From an uncultured Gammaproteobacteria bacterium (lineage in GTDB: Bacteria > Patescibacteriota > Patescibacteriia > Magasanikbacterales > JBBTQS01): a stretch of 64,000 bases of DNA. The stretch is from assembly GCA_964627525.1 (NCBI GenBank), contig CAZVIA010000001.1, forward strand, positions 8,007 to 72,006. The letters run 5' to 3'. The notes beneath the pieces are model-generated. The model had not been told where the DNA came from, ran no database searches, and saw only the letters and a program-made list of their open reading frames with translations. This document shows positions 9,578 to 19,868 of the stretch, piece by piece; the first letter of the stretch is position 1, and every line of letters starts with the position of its first letter. A program made the position numbers and the translations under genes.

Positions 9578-10033
9578 ATGTCTGATTACATGCGAAAAAT
9601 TTTAGATTTAATTGGGCGAACAGGGGATAGATGTATAGTAGTTCACCCAGAGACAGAAGATGCTTATGTTGTGATGGCAATTGAGGATTATGAAATGTTG
9701 GCTGATGCTGCTTCTGATTTAGAGTGGGATGATGAAGCCGAAGGAGAAGAGGATTATGATGAGGAATGGGAATTTGGTGATGATGTTGAAGATCAGGTGG
9801 TTGATGAAGTAAAAGAAAATGGAAATAATGCTTTGGAAGAATGGCGAAAGCAAATGCAAGCTTTGGCAGCACAAGATACTGACTCTGAAGAACCATTTGA
9901 GATTGCACTTTCAAGTGTAAGGCAAGATGATGAAATTAAAGGAGAAATCAAAATTGAGGAAATTCCACAAGCAGAAGCTGAAAAAGTTGAGGGAAAAGAT
10001 GATGATAGGTTTTATATAGAACCTGTAGAATAA
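9578..10033 (+). CDS. Acidic hypothetical protein
   Basis: Host-like codon usage; small folded N-terminal part, Asp/Glu-rich middle, C-terminal DDRFYIEPVE. Confidence 0.7.
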   Translation: MSDYMRKILDLIGRTGDRCIVVHPETEDAYVVMAIEDYEMLADAASDLEWDDEAEGEEDYDEEWEFGDDVEDQVVDEVKENGNNALEEWRKQMQALAAQDTDSEEPFEIALSSVRQDDEIKGEIKIEEIPQAEAEKVEGKDDDRFYIEPVE

Positions 10034-10055
10034 ATTAGCCAACATAAAATAACCC

Positions 10056-10205
10056 GCACACAAATAAAAAATACTTCTAAAGGGCTCTGCGTAGGGTCGC
10101 CAGCATGGTGTCCGACCGTAGGTCGGACTGGTGACCACGAGCAAAGAGCGAATGCGCCGCAGGTGCGCGTGAGTGTCCCGATAGAAGTATTTTTTATTTG
10201 TGTGC
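10056..10205. repeat. 150 bp element bounded by a perfect 24 bp inverted repeat with a GC-rich hairpin interior
   Basis: gcacacaaataaaaaatacttcta (10056-10079) and tagaagtattttttatttgtgtgc (10182-10205). Confidence 0.8.
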
Positions 10206-10310
10206 TTTTGTTTTTATTGACTAATTTATTAGTATTTGTTACTATGTATAGTCGTCTGTTGCTAATTAGTAAGTGGCGGGTGACATTAATTGGAAAAAGG
10301 AGAGTTTGCT

Positions 10311-11189
10311 GTGACAAGGAAATATCCTGTCTCCGGCGATCTTTACAAGAGAATTGATGCAAAAATGTCTGAGCTCAAGCGAATGCTCAGACAAAAGAAA
10401 GGGTGTATATTTGACCCTGCTGATCTTTTTGTTGCTTTGCAGTACTTGATTGATGGAAAGATCACAACACAGGATTTGATTGCAGTGTCTTTGAGAAAAG
10501 ACGAGCAAGCTCAACAACCTGCTGTGCGCATGGATAAGTTGTTCCTTTCTCCTGGGGAGCAGTGGTCCTTGTTTCTTGAGTACAATGAGAATCTACCTGA
10601 TGAGTTGAGATTCACCAAAGAAGAACTTTTGGCTTTTTGTATGGAAGGTGGTAATCCTAATCCACCTGAACTACCAGAAGACGCAAGTCCTCTCACGGTA
10701 GTCCAGCTCGTTCCTTATCAAGAAACAGTAGAAAAAACCATTGCGTTCTTGCTGGGTTTTGTTCAAAGCCAAATGGAAAAGCTCGGGCTGAACTACTACC
10801 AATGGGAAGGGTATAATGATCTTTTGACCAAAAAAGATGTAATCCGTCTTCTCCCAGGTATTGAACATCCAAGAAAGTGTCTTCGTTGGGAAATCGTAGA
10901 TCTTGGTGCAAATAGAGGAAAAAAGCCTTGTGATGTGCGAAATGAGAACAGTCCTCATGCAGCAGTACTAGCTGCAGCAGGATTTCACACCAACTGGTCA
11001 ACAAGCATGGATGGAGATAAAATCCCATACGTGTTTATGCCTGGGTATCAGGTTACTGTTCCAAGTGGTGATTCGTGGCAGTACGTGCCTCACATCTGGT
11101 TCCATCAGCACGATCGCAGGCTCAGGATCGGCTGCAGCTGGGATGGCTACTGCAACCAGGGTTGGGCTGTTGTGGTGGTTGCGATTTAG
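10311..11189 (+). CDS. Hypothetical protein; putative DGR target with C-terminal variable region
   Basis: Own promoter TTGACT-17-TACTAT (10217-10245); SD AGGAG before GTG; 3' end rich in NNC codons; downstream GAAA-loop hairpin. Confidence 0.6.
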   Translation: MTRKYPVSGDLYKRIDAKMSELKRMLRQKKGCIFDPADLFVALQYLIDGKITTQDLIAVSLRKDEQAQQPAVRMDKLFLSPGEQWSLFLEYNENLPDELRFTKEELLAFCMEGGNPNPPELPEDASPLTVVQLVPYQETVEKTIAFLLGFVQSQMEKLGLNYYQWEGYNDLLTKKDVIRLLPGIEHPRKCLRWEIVDLGANRGKKPCDVRNENSPHAAVLAAAGFHTNWSTSMDGDKIPYVFMPGYQVTVPSGDSWQYVPHIWFHQHDRRLRIGCSWDGYCNQGWAVVVVAI

Positions 11190-11393
11190 GGGAGTAATAT
11201 AGAACTTGAAGCTAGGAAACTAGCAACTTGGAAATCCTTGGTTCTTGTAACTTGAACCTTGGATTTCTTTTTTATATTTTGAACTTTGGGTTTTTAGAAT
11301 TTAAATATTGGTGCACCTTTAAAAAAATTATGTAAAAAGTTTTTCTAAAAATTTCCCTAAATTTAGCAAAAAAATCATTCACACATAAAGCAC

Positions 11394-11423
11394 TTGACAC
11401 CATATACTCCAAAATGCTATAAT
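11394..11423 (+). promoter_or_regulatory. sigma70 promoter of tuf
   Basis: TTGACA-18 nt-TATAAT with extended TG. Confidence 0.7.
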
Positions 11424-11512
11424 CCCACCGCTTTTATTAAGCTTTTATTAACTTAAATAAGCGATTAGGCAAGCTTAGGCAATGCCGTCGCAGTAAGATA
11501 AAGACCATTCAT

Positions 11513-12706
11513 ATGGCAGAAATGTTCGACAGAAGTAAACCACACGTTAACGTAGGTACAATTGGTCACGTTGACCATGGTAAAACAACCTTAACCGCTG
11601 CTATCTTAAAAGTGCTTGGTGCACAAGGAAAGATTGCACAGGATAAATCAGTAGATCAAATTGACGCTGCGCCTGAAGAGCGCCAGCGTGGTATTACAAT
11701 TGCTACAGCTCATGTTGAGTATGAAAGTGATGCACGTCACTACGCTCATGTTGACTGTCCAGGACACGCAGATTATGTAAAAAACATGATTACAGGTGCC
11801 GCGCAAATGGATGGAGCTATTTTAGTAGTTTCAGCAGCAGACGGTCCTATGCCTCAAACTCGTGAGCATATTTTGCTTGCACGTCAGGTTGGTGTACCGC
11901 ACATTGTTGTATTTTTAAACAAAGTTGATCAAGTTTCAGATCCAGAATTGCTTGACTTAGTAGAAGAGGAAGTAAGAGACTTGTTAAATAAGTATGAATT
12001 CCCAGGAGCTGATACACCAATTATTCGTGGTTCAGCTTTGAAAGCTCTTGAAAATCCAGGGGATGAAGCTCACGCAAAACCAATTACAGATTTACTTGAT
12101 GCTTTGGATTCATTTATTCCAACACCAGAACGTGATGTAGATAAACCATTTCTTATGCCAATTGAGGATGTTTTCTCAATTGAAGGGCGTGGTACAGTAG
12201 TTACTGGTCGTATTGAACGTGGAATTGTAAAAGTTGGTGAAGAAATTGCAATTATTGGAATGGGTGAGGAAGTAAACAAAACAACAGTTACTGGTGTAGA
12301 AATGTTTAATAAACAACTTGATCAAGGTCAAGCTGGAGACAATGCTGGTATTTTGTTGCGTGGTGTTAAAAAAGAAGATGTACAGCGTGGTCAGGTTTTG
12401 GCAGTTCCAGGATCTGTTACACCTCATACAGAGTTTGAAGCAGAAGTATATGCTTTAAGCAAAGAAGAGGGTGGACGTCACAAACCCTTTTTCAAAGGTT
12501 ACAAACCTCAGTTTTATATGCGTACAACTGATGTAACTGGAGAAGTAGAACTTCCAGAAGGAACAGAAATGGTTATGCCTGGTGACACTGCAAACTTGAA
12601 GATCAAATTGATCGTTCCAGTTGCTCTTGAAGAAAAGCAAAGATTTGCTATTCGTGAAGGTGGACGAACAGTTGGTGCAGGTGCAGTAACAAAAATTTTG
12701 AAATAA
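11513..12706 (+). CDS. tuf: Elongation factor Tu
   Basis: [21 protein letters not shown]. Confidence 0.98.
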   Translation: MAEMFDRSKPHVNVGTIGHVDHGKTTLTAAILKVLGAQGKIAQDKSVDQIDAAPEERQRGITIATAHVEYESDARHYAHVDCPGHADYVKNMITGAAQMDGAILVVSAADGPMPQTREHILLARQVGVPHIVVFLNKVDQVSDPELLDLVEEEVRDLLNKYEFPGADTPIIRGSALKALENPGDEAHAKPITDLLDALDSFIPTPERDVDKPFLMPIEDVFSIEGRGTVVTGRIERGIVKVGEEIAIIGMGEEVNKTTVTGVEMFNKQLDQGQAGDNAGILLRGVKKEDVQRGQVLAVPGSVTPHTEFEAEVYALSKEEGGRHKPFFKGYKPQFYMRTTDVTGEVELPEGTEMVMPGDTANLKIKLIVPVALEEKQRFAIREGGRTVGAGAVTKILK

Positions 12707-12764
12707 GCAGTTGACCTGCCCTTTTAAAGGGCAGGTTTCTGGTTTTTTTAAAAACAAAACCCAA

Positions 12765-13112
12765 ATGGCAACAGAAGTAACTAAAACTAAAAAAGCGACC
12801 GAAGAAGTTGCGCAGCGAATTCGTATCAAGATTCGTGCGTATGATTCTCGTGTGATCGATGAATCTACTCGTACAATCATGGAAACTGCGAATCGTTCAG
12901 GTGCAACTGTCGTTGGTCCCATTCCATTGCCAACTGAAAAGCGTAAGTACACTGTAAACCGCTCTACTTTTGTTCACAAAACATCACGTGAACAATATGA
13001 AGTGCGAGTACATAAGCGCTTAATCGACATTTTGAGTCCAACACCAAAGACAATTGATTCACTGATGAATTTAAATTTGCCTTCAGGTGTGGATATTGAG
13101 ATGAAGATGTAA
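12765..13112 (+). CDS. rpsJ: 30S ribosomal protein S10
   Basis: [17 protein letters not shown]; the ATG at 12765 is preferred over the upstream TTG. Confidence 0.95.
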   Translation: MATEVTKTKKATEEVAQRIRIKIRAYDSRVIDESTRTIMETANRSGATVVGPIPLPTEKRKYTVNRSTFVHKTSREQYEVRVHKRLIDILSPTPKTIDSLMNLNLPSGVDIEMKM

Positions 13113-13364
13113 TTAACCAGATGGGAGTTGTAATGCAATAAGATCCAGCTGTCTTTATAGATAGCAAGGAAAACATTGTGGCACGTCTAACATCTAGAGG
13201 ATTTTTCCAGCAAAAATACTAAAAAAACTTCTTCAGATAATTTTATTGAGGAAGACTAGAAATTAATGTTTTTTTGTGATAAAATATTGCAGTAACAAAA
13301 ACACTAGTTTCTAGTCTTTTGCATTACACATACACATTACAAAATACACTAGACTAGATAGAAT

Positions 13365-13976
13365 ATGAAATTCATAATCGGTACAAAACTTAATATGACT
13401 CAAGTGTTCCAAGAAAGTGGAATAGTTGTTCCTGTTACACGTATTTCTGCTGGACCTTGTGTTGTAGCGCAAATTAGTGAAGTAAATGGGAAAAAACAAG
13501 TTCAATTAGGTTTTGGTAAAGCAAAAAAATTGAAAAAACCAATGAAGGGTCATTTAAAAGATTTGCCAGATGTTTGTCATTTGCGTTCATTTAATACTGA
13601 TCAAGAATTAAATCGCGGTGATGTTGTTGGTGTGGATTCTTTTGAAGCGGGTGAGCGAGTTGGAGTAACTGGAACAAGCAAAGGAAAAGGTTTTCAGGGT
13701 GTTGTAAAACGACATGGATTTCATGGTTCTCCAGCATCACATGGTCATAAAGATCAGTTGCGTATGCCAGGTTCTATTGGTGCAACAGATGCTGCCCGTG
13801 TTTTTAAAGGAACAAGAATGGGTGGTCACATGGGTGATGAGCGAGTAACTGTAAAAAATTTAGAAGTAGTTCAAATTGATCCTGAAAAAAATGAAATCAT
13901 GATTAAAGGTGCTGTTCCAGGAGCTAAAGGTGGTTTGATAATGATTTTTTCAAAAGGTGAAATGAAAAAGAGATAA
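13365..13976 (+). CDS. rplC: 50S ribosomal protein L3
   Basis: GKGFQGVVKRH, RMPGSIG. Confidence 0.97.
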   Translation: MKFIIGTKLNMTQVFQESGIVVPVTRISAGPCVVAQISEVNGKKQVQLGFGKAKKLKKPMKGHLKDLPDVCHLRSFNTDQELNRGDVVGVDSFEAGERVGVTGTSKGKGFQGVVKRHGFHGSPASHGHKDQLRMPGSIGATDAARVFKGTRMGGHMGDERVTVKNLEVVQIDPEKNEIMIKGAVPGAKGGLIMIFSKGEMKKR

Positions 13977-13977
13977 T

Positions 13978-14607
13978 ATGGCAAAAGCAAAAGTATACAA
14001 TCAACAAGGAAAAGAAATTGAAACTATTGAGTTGAATAGCAATGTTTTTGCTGTAAAAGTAAATCCTGAATTAGTTCATGAAGTTGTTGTTGCTGGTTAT
14101 GCAAACAAGCGTCAAACTTTAGCACATACAAAAGGACGAAGTGATGTGCGAGGTGGTGGACGCAAGCCTTGGAAACAAAAAGGAACTGGTCGTGCAAGAC
14201 ATGGTTCACGACGTTCTCCAATTTGGCGAGGTGGTGGAGTAACTTTTGGACCAACAAAAGAACGTAATTTCAAAAAGCGAATTAATAAAAAAGTTAAAAC
14301 ATCTGTAATTAAAATGATTTTAACAGATCGTTTGGCAGCAGATGGTTTGGTTGTAGTTGATACATTGAAATTTGATCAACCAAAAACAAAATTGTTTGCA
14401 CAAATGAAAAAAGCATTGCCTTGTGGTTTAAAGCGTGTGATTATCATAAGTGATAAAAAAGATGAGGCTTTGTTAAGAATTACAAAAAACATTGATCGTG
14501 TAAAAACAACATTTGTTGGTGAACTTGGAGTAGTTGATTTGATTGAAAGCCCATACATGATTGTGAGTAAGGAAGCTTTGAAAATGCTAGAAAAAAAATA
14601 CAGTTAA
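13978..14607 (+). CDS. rplD: 50S ribosomal protein L4
   Basis: KPWKQKGTGRARHGS. Confidence 0.97.
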   Translation: MAKAKVYNQQGKEIETIELNSNVFAVKVNPELVHEVVVAGYANKRQTLAHTKGRSDVRGGGRKPWKQKGTGRARHGSRRSPIWRGGGVTFGPTKERNFKKRINKKVKTSVIKMILTDRLAADGLVVVDTLKFDQPKTKLFAQMKKALPCGLKRVIIISDKKDEALLRITKNIDRVKTTFVGELGVVDLIESPYMIVSKEALKMLEKKYS

Positions 14608-14613
14608 GTTAAT

Positions 14614-14892
14614 ATGGATAATATTTTGCTAAGCACACATATTACAGAGAAAACAGCTGAACGAGAAGACAAAGGCGTTTATACTTTTGAGGTTTCTGAT
14701 GCTGCAAATAAGTATATGGTAGCTCAAGCTGTAGAAAAAATGTTTGGTGTGCAACCAGTAGCAGTTCGTATTATTAAAAGAAAAGGAAAGAAAAAAAGAT
14801 ATGGAAAGTTTTACGGAAATCGTAAAGATAGAAAGTATGCGATTGTAAGTTTGAAAAAAGGACAAACAATGAGTTTGCATAAAGGAGTCTAA
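14614..14892 (+). CDS. rplW: 50S ribosomal protein L23
   Basis: ITEK..YTFEV..ANK..KYAIVSL; operon position. Confidence 0.93.
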   Translation: MDNILLSTHITEKTAEREDKGVYTFEVSDAANKYMVAQAVEKMFGVQPVAVRIIKRKGKKKRYGKFYGNRKDRKYAIVSLKKGQTMSLHKGV

Positions 14893-14910
14893 TAAAAGTT
14901 TTAGAAAAAT

Positions 14911-15753
14911 ATGCCGGTAAAAAAGTTAAAAAAGAATACAGCAGGCCGTCGCAACATTAGTGTTGATACTTTTTCTGATATTACAAAAAAGACACCGGAA
15001 AAAAGTTTATTAAAAATTAAAAAGAAAAAAGCAGGACGTTCAAAAGGTAAAATTACTGTTCGCCATCAAGGTGGGGGACACAAAAGATTTATCAGGGTGA
15101 TAGATTTTAAACAAGAACGTTATGATGAATCAGCTACAGTGCTTGGGATTGAATATGATCCAAATAGAAATGCGCGTATTGCATTGGTTGAATATGAGGA
15201 TAAGGAAAAGCGATATATTTTAGCTCCAGACGGTTTACAAGATGGAGATAAAGTGGTATCATCTCGCACAGCTGTGGATGCAAAAGTTGGAATAAGAATG
15301 CCAGTTGAATTTATCCCTGTTGGAAGTTTTGTGCATAACATTGAATTTTGCCCAGGTGGTGGAGGACAAATTGCTCGTGGAGCTGGAACACAAGTTCAGC
15401 TTATGGGTGTTGAAGGAAAATATGCACAGTTGAAAATGCCTTCAGGTGAAATTCGTAAAGTTTTGAAAAACTGTTTAGCTAGTGTTGGAATGGTAAGTAA
15501 TCCAGATCATAGATTGATTCGTTGGGGTAAGGCTGGAAGAATGAGACACAAAGGAATTAGACCAACAGTTCGTGGTAAAGTTATGAACCCTTGTGATCAC
15601 CCTCATGGAGGTGGTGAAGGTCGTCAGCCAATTGGTATGAAAGCACCTAAAACACCTTGGGGTAAAAAAGCTTTGGGTGTTAAAACACGAAAAAAGAAAA
15701 AAGAAAGTAGTAAATTAATTGTTAAACGCCGACCTAAGAAGCGTAGGAAATAA
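14911..15753 (+). CDS. rplB: 50S ribosomal protein L2
   Basis: [19 protein letters not shown]. Confidence 0.98.
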   Translation: MPVKKLKKNTAGRRNISVDTFSDITKKTPEKSLLKIKKKKAGRSKGKITVRHQGGGHKRFIRVIDFKQERYDESATVLGIEYDPNRNARIALVEYEDKEKRYILAPDGLQDGDKVVSSRTAVDAKVGIRMPVEFIPVGSFVHNIEFCPGGGGQIARGAGTQVQLMGVEGKYAQLKMPSGEIRKVLKNCLASVGMVSNPDHRLIRWGKAGRMRHKGIRPTVRGKVMNPCDHPHGGGEGRQPIGMKAPKTPWGKKALGVKTRKKKKESSKLIVKRRPKKRRK

Positions 15754-15755
15754 GT

Positions 15756-16046
15756 ATGTCAAGAAGTTTAAAAAAAGGTCCATTTGTTGATGAGAAAGTA
15801 ATAAAAAAAGTTTTAGAAGCTAAAGCTACAGGAAGTGTTAAAGCTATTAAAACTTGGTCTCGTCGCTCAACTATTACTCCAGAAATGGTGGGTATTAGGT
15901 TTGCGGTTCATAATGGAAAAGATTTTATTGAATTCTTGGTTGTTGAAGATATGGTAGGTCATAAGCTTGGTGAGTTTTCACCAACAAGAAAGTTTCATAG
16001 ACATGGTGGTAAGATGCAGAAAACAATAGAAAAAGGTAAAAAATAA
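15756..16046 (+). CDS. rpsS: 30S ribosomal protein S19
   Basis: [17 protein letters not shown]. Confidence 0.97.
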   Translation: MSRSLKKGPFVDEKVIKKVLEAKATGSVKAIKTWSRRSTITPEMVGIRFAVHNGKDFIEFLVVEDMVGHKLGEFSPTRKFHRHGGKMQKTIEKGKK

Positions 16047-16048
16047 TT

Positions 16049-16459
16049 ATGGAAGTATTAGTACACGCAAAACTTAGATACTTGAAGATGTCTCCAAAAA
16101 AGGTGCGCTTGATTGTTGATGCTGTGAGAGGTTTGAAAGTAAAAGAAGCTGATGCACAACTTGCTTTTATGAATAAAGCAGCTGCACGTCCAGTTCGTAA
16201 GTTGTTAAAAAGCGCGATTGCTAATGCTGTAAATAATTTTAAAGCAGAAGAAAGTGGTTTGGTTATTCATGAGATCAAAACTGATGAAGGTCCAACTTTT
16301 AAAAGATGGAGAGCTCGTGCTAGAGGAACTGCTGCACCAATTCGTAAACGTTCAAGTCATGTGCATATTATTTTAAAAGGTGAAGCACCAGAAAAAGTTG
16401 AGAACGTAAAAGCTAAAGCCGAACCAAAGGCTGAAGAAACTAAAGAAGAAAAGAAATAA
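16049..16459 (+). CDS. rplV: 50S ribosomal protein L22
   Basis: SPKKVRL, SAIANA, RARG. Confidence 0.96.
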   Translation: MEVLVHAKLRYLKMSPKKVRLIVDAVRGLKVKEADAQLAFMNKAAARPVRKLLKSAIANAVNNFKAEESGLVIHEIKTDEGPTFKRWRARARGTAAPIRKRSSHVHIILKGEAPEKVENVKAKAEPKAEETKEEKK

Positions 16460-16460
16460 T

Positions 16461-17135
16461 ATGGGACATAAAGTTCATCCAACAGCACATAGATTAAACG
16501 TAATTTATCCATGGGATTCACGATGGTATGCTCGTCGTGGGAGCTATAAGTTTAAATTGAAACAAGAAGTTGAATTGCGTGATTATTTGAAAAAGAAAGT
16601 TAAGGAAGCTGGTCTTGATAGTATTTCTGTTCGTCGTAGTGCAAAAGAAGTAAATGTGATTTTGCGTGTTGCAAAACCTGGTTTGATAATTGGTCGTGGT
16701 GGTGCTGGAATTGAAGAGTTAAAGAAAAATATTCAGAAAATGTTTTTTGCAAAAGATGTACAAGTGAAAGTACAGGTGTATGAAGTACGCCAACCTTCAC
16801 TATCTGCAGCAATTGTTGCATATCAAATGGCACAAGATATTGAAAAACGTATGCCATTTAGACGTGTGCTTAAACAATCAATTGAGCGGGTGATGAAGGC
16901 GGGTGCAAAAGGAGTAAAGGTAAGTGTAGCTGGTCGTTTAAACGGAAACGAGATTGCACGTCGTGAGACTTTGTCTGACGGAAAAATTCCTTTGCAAACA
17001 CTTAGAGCTGATGTAGATTATGCTTTACATGAAGCTAACACTATTTATGGTGTTATTGGAGTGAAGGTTTGGATTTACAAAGGCGAGGTGTTTGGTCAAA
17101 AAGATAAGTTTGATCAAGAAACAAACAACAAGTAA
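16461..17135 (+). CDS. rpsC: 30S ribosomal protein S3
   Basis: MGHKVHP, GRLNG, PLQTLRADVDY. Confidence 0.97.
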   Translation: MGHKVHPTAHRLNVIYPWDSRWYARRGSYKFKLKQEVELRDYLKKKVKEAGLDSISVRRSAKEVNVILRVAKPGLIIGRGGAGIEELKKNIQKMFFAKDVQVKVQVYEVRQPSLSAAIVAYQMAQDIEKRMPFRRVLKQSIERVMKAGAKGVKVSVAGRLNGNEIARRETLSDGKIPLQTLRADVDYALHEANTIYGVIGVKVWIYKGEVFGQKDKFDQETNNK

Positions 17136-17144
17136 GCAGTAATT

Positions 17145-17558
17145 ATGTTAATGCCAAAGAAAGTAAAGCATAGAAAGTCTTTTAAAGGACGAAGACGTAA
17201 CAAAGGCGTAGCCACTCGTGGTACTACAATTGCTTTTGGTACTTATGCTATAAAATCTTTGGGGCACGCATGGGTTACTTCACGACAAATTGAATCAGCT
17301 CGTCGTGCGATGACAAGATTTATTGCTCGTGGTGGAAAAATTTGGATTAGAGTTTTTCCAGATAAACCAGTTACAAAAAAAGGTGCAGAAGTTCCTATGG
17401 GAAGTGGTAAAGGTGCTGTTGATCATTATGTGACAATTGTTAAACCTGGAACTGTTTTATTTGAAATGGCTGGTGTTGAAAAAGATGTAGCACGCAGAGC
17501 AATGGAATTAGCAGCTTATAAGTTGCCAATTAAGACTAAGTTTTTAGCGAAGGAATAA
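17145..17558 (+). CDS. rplP: 50S ribosomal protein L16
   Basis: [16 protein letters not shown]. Confidence 0.97.
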   Translation: MLMPKKVKHRKSFKGRRRNKGVATRGTTIAFGTYAIKSLGHAWVTSRQIESARRAMTRFIARGGKIWIRVFPDKPVTKKGAEVPMGSGKGAVDHYVTIVKPGTVLFEMAGVEKDVARRAMELAAYKLPIKTKFLAKE

Positions 17559-17559
17559 T

Positions 17560-17793
17560 ATGAAGATGGTTGATTTAGAAAAAAAAGAAAAAAAGGAATT
17601 GATTGACTTGTTAGAAGAGTTAAAAGCTGAGCGTACAAAATTACAGTTTGCAGTTCATGCAGCTGAAGAGCGCAATGTTAGAAAATTGCGTAGTTTGAAA
17701 AAAGATATTGCACGAGTTTTGACTTGTTTAAAGCAATTTGAAAATAAAGCAGAAGAAGTCAAAACAGAAGAAGGCAAGACAAAAGAGAAATAA
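17560..17793 (+). CDS. rpmC: 50S ribosomal protein L29
   Basis: KKDIARVLT; operon position. Confidence 0.9.
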   Translation: MKMVDLEKKEKKELIDLLEELKAERTKLQFAVHAAEERNVRKLRSLKKDIARVLTCLKQFENKAEEVKTEEGKTKEK

Positions 17794-17794
17794 T

Positions 17795-18067
17795 ATGGAA
17801 GAAGAAAAAACAACAAAAGTTTTTAACAAACAAAAACCTAAACGAAAGTTGTCAGGTGTTGTTAAGACTGCGAAAGATAAAACAGTTGTTGTTCAGGTTG
17901 CAAGACATAAAATGCACCCAATTTATAAGAAAAGATTTCGTGTGACAAAAAATTATCATGCACACGATGAACAAAGTCAGTTCAAGGTAGGGGATAAAGT
18001 GACAATTGAAGAAGCACGTCCATACAGTAAGTTGAAAAGATGGCGCGCGATTTATCCTAAGAAATAA
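17795..18067 (+). CDS. rpsQ: 30S ribosomal protein S17
   Basis: [19 protein letters not shown]; ATG at 17795. Confidence 0.95.
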   Translation: MEEEKTTKVFNKQKPKRKLSGVVKTAKDKTVVVQVARHKMHPIYKKRFRVTKNYHAHDEQSQFKVGDKVTIEEARPYSKLKRWRAIYPKK

Positions 18068-18069
18068 GT

Positions 18070-18441
18070 ATGATTCAGCATCAGTCAATGTTAAATGTGG
18101 CAGATAATAGCGGAGCTAAAAAGCTCAAGTGTATTCGTGTACTTGGAGGTTATAGAAAGCGCTATGCAAGAGTGGGTGATATAATCACTTGTTCTGTTAA
18201 AGTTGCTGCTCCTCGTGGTGCTGTTAAAAAAGGTGAAGTTATACACGCAGTAATTGTTAGACAGAAGAAAGAGGTTCGTCGTACTGATGGAACTTATGTG
18301 AGATTTGATGATAATGCAGCAGTAGTAGTTGATAAAAAAACTAAAGAACCAAAAGCTACACGTATTTTTGGACCAGTTGCACGTGAGTTACGTACAAAAG
18401 GTTTTCAAAAAATTATTTCATTAGCACCTGAAGTAGCATAA
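18070..18441 (+). CDS. rplN: 50S ribosomal protein L14
   Basis: [19 protein letters not shown]. Confidence 0.98.
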   Translation: MIQHQSMLNVADNSGAKKLKCIRVLGGYRKRYARVGDIITCSVKVAAPRGAVKKGEVIHAVIVRQKKEVRRTDGTYVRFDDNAAVVVDKKTKEPKATRIFGPVARELRTKGFQKIISLAPEVA

Positions 18442-18443
18442 GT

Positions 18444-18722
18444 ATGAGTATGAAAAAGTTAAAAGTAAAAACTGGAGACATGGTAAAAGTGATTGCCGGA
18501 AAAGACAAAGGTAAGTCTGGCAAGATTATTCAGGTATTTCCAAAAAAGGAAAAAGTTGTTGTTGAAAAACTTAATATGATGAAAAAACATCTGCGTTCAC
18601 GAAAAAAAGATGAACCAGGACAACGTATTGAGTTAGCAGCACCAATTCATGTTTCTAATGTTGTAAAAGTTGAAGAAGGTAAAGTGGATGAAAAGAAAGA
18701 TAAAAAGTCAGAGAAAAAATAA
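18444..18722 (+). CDS. rplX: 50S ribosomal protein L24
   Basis: GDMVKVIAGKDKGK, APIHVSNV. Confidence 0.96.
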   Translation: MSMKKLKVKTGDMVKVIAGKDKGKSGKIIQVFPKKEKVVVEKLNMMKKHLRSRKKDEPGQRIELAAPIHVSNVVKVEEGKVDEKKDKKSEKK

Positions 18723-18725
18723 AGT

Positions 18726-19277
18726 ATGTTAAAAGAGTTTTATCAAAAAGAAATAATTCCAAAGTTAAAAGAGCGATTAAATATCAGTAATGTTTGGGCT
18801 GTGCCTCGTGTTGAAAAAATCGTTATAAATGTTGGTGTTGGAAAATATACAAAAGATTCAAATTATATTGATGAAGTTGAGCGATCTCTGACTGTGATTA
18901 CAGGACAAAAACCAATCCGCACAAAATCAAGAATTTCTATTTCAAACTTTAAATTAAGAGAAGGACAAGTTGTTGGTTTGAAAGTAACTATGCGCGGAAA
19001 AAGAATGTATGATTTTCTTGAGAAGTTGTTAAGAGTTACATTTCCACGCATGCGTGATTTTCGTGGAATTAGTAAAAAAGGTTTTGATAGACAAGGAAAT
19101 TTTACAGTTGGTTTTAAAGAACAAATTGCATTCCCAGAAATTTCAGGTGAAGATGCAAACAGAATGCATGGTTTGGAAATAACAGTTGTAACAACAGCAA
19201 AAAACCAAGAACAAGCAAAAGCGCTGTTAGAAGAATTGGGATTTCCTTTTAAGAAAGATAAGAAGGATAATAAGTAA
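18726..19277 (+). CDS. rplE: 50S ribosomal protein L5
   Basis: ITGQKP, PRMRDFRG. Confidence 0.97.
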   Translation: MLKEFYQKEIIPKLKERLNISNVWAVPRVEKIVINVGVGKYTKDSNYIDEVERSLTVITGQKPIRTKSRISISNFKLREGQVVGLKVTMRGKRMYDFLEKLLRVTFPRMRDFRGISKKGFDRQGNFTVGFKEQIAFPEISGEDANRMHGLEITVVTTAKNQEQAKALLEELGFPFKKDKKDNK

Positions 19278-19286
19278 TAAAGATCT

Positions 19287-19472
19287 ATGGCATCAAAAGC
19301 ACAAATAGCAAAAGCCAAAAAAACTCCGAAGTTTAGCTCAAGAAAGTTAAACCGGTGTTTTAAGTGTGGAAGACATAAGGGATATATGAGAGATTTTGGC
19401 GTGTGTAGAATTTGCTTTAGAGAATTGGCAAACAATGGTCTTTTGCCAGGTGTTCGTAAATCTAGTTGGTAA
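19287..19472 (+). CDS. rpsN: 30S ribosomal protein S14, Zn-binding type
   Basis: [22 protein letters not shown]. Confidence 0.96.
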   Translation: MASKAQIAKAKKTPKFSSRKLNRCFKCGRHKGYMRDFGVCRICFRELANNGLLPGVRKSSW

Positions 19473-19476
19473 TATT

Positions 19477-19866
19477 ATGTATACAGATCCGATTGCAGAC
19501 ATGTTAACAAGAATCCGAAACGCAGCTAAAGTGCGCAAACCTGAAGTCTTAGTTCCTTTTTCTAAGATTAAGTTTGCTATAGCTCAGATTTTGGAAAAAG
19601 AGGGTTATGTTTTGACAGTTGAAAGAGTTGAAGATGTTCGACCAATGATTAAGATCAGATTAAAATATAGTGGAAAACAAAGTTTGATTAGTGCGATTGA
19701 TAGGGTAAGTAAGCCAGGTCATCGTAAGTATGCAACAAAAGATGAATTACCAGTTGTAAGAAATAACTTTGGTATGGCAATAATTTCAACATCAAGAGGT
19801 TTGATGACAAATAAGCAAGCCAAAAAAGATGGTGTTGGTGGAGAAATTTTGTGTAGTATTTATTAA
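19477..19866 (+). CDS. rpsH: 30S ribosomal protein S8
   Basis: DPIADMLTRIRNA; ATG at 19477. Confidence 0.97.
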   Translation: MYTDPIADMLTRIRNAAKVRKPEVLVPFSKIKFAIAQILEKEGYVLTVERVEDVRPMIKIRLKYSGKQSLISAIDRVSKPGHRKYATKDELPVVRNNFGMAIISTSRGLMTNKQAKKDGVGGEILCSIY

Positions 19867-19868
19867 AT

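Noticed and set aside
10093-10160. Superficial likeness to an HDV-type ribozyme (gggtcg..gcatgg..gcgaatg)
   Set aside because: The nested double pseudoknot could not be built; simple hairpins explain the pairing.
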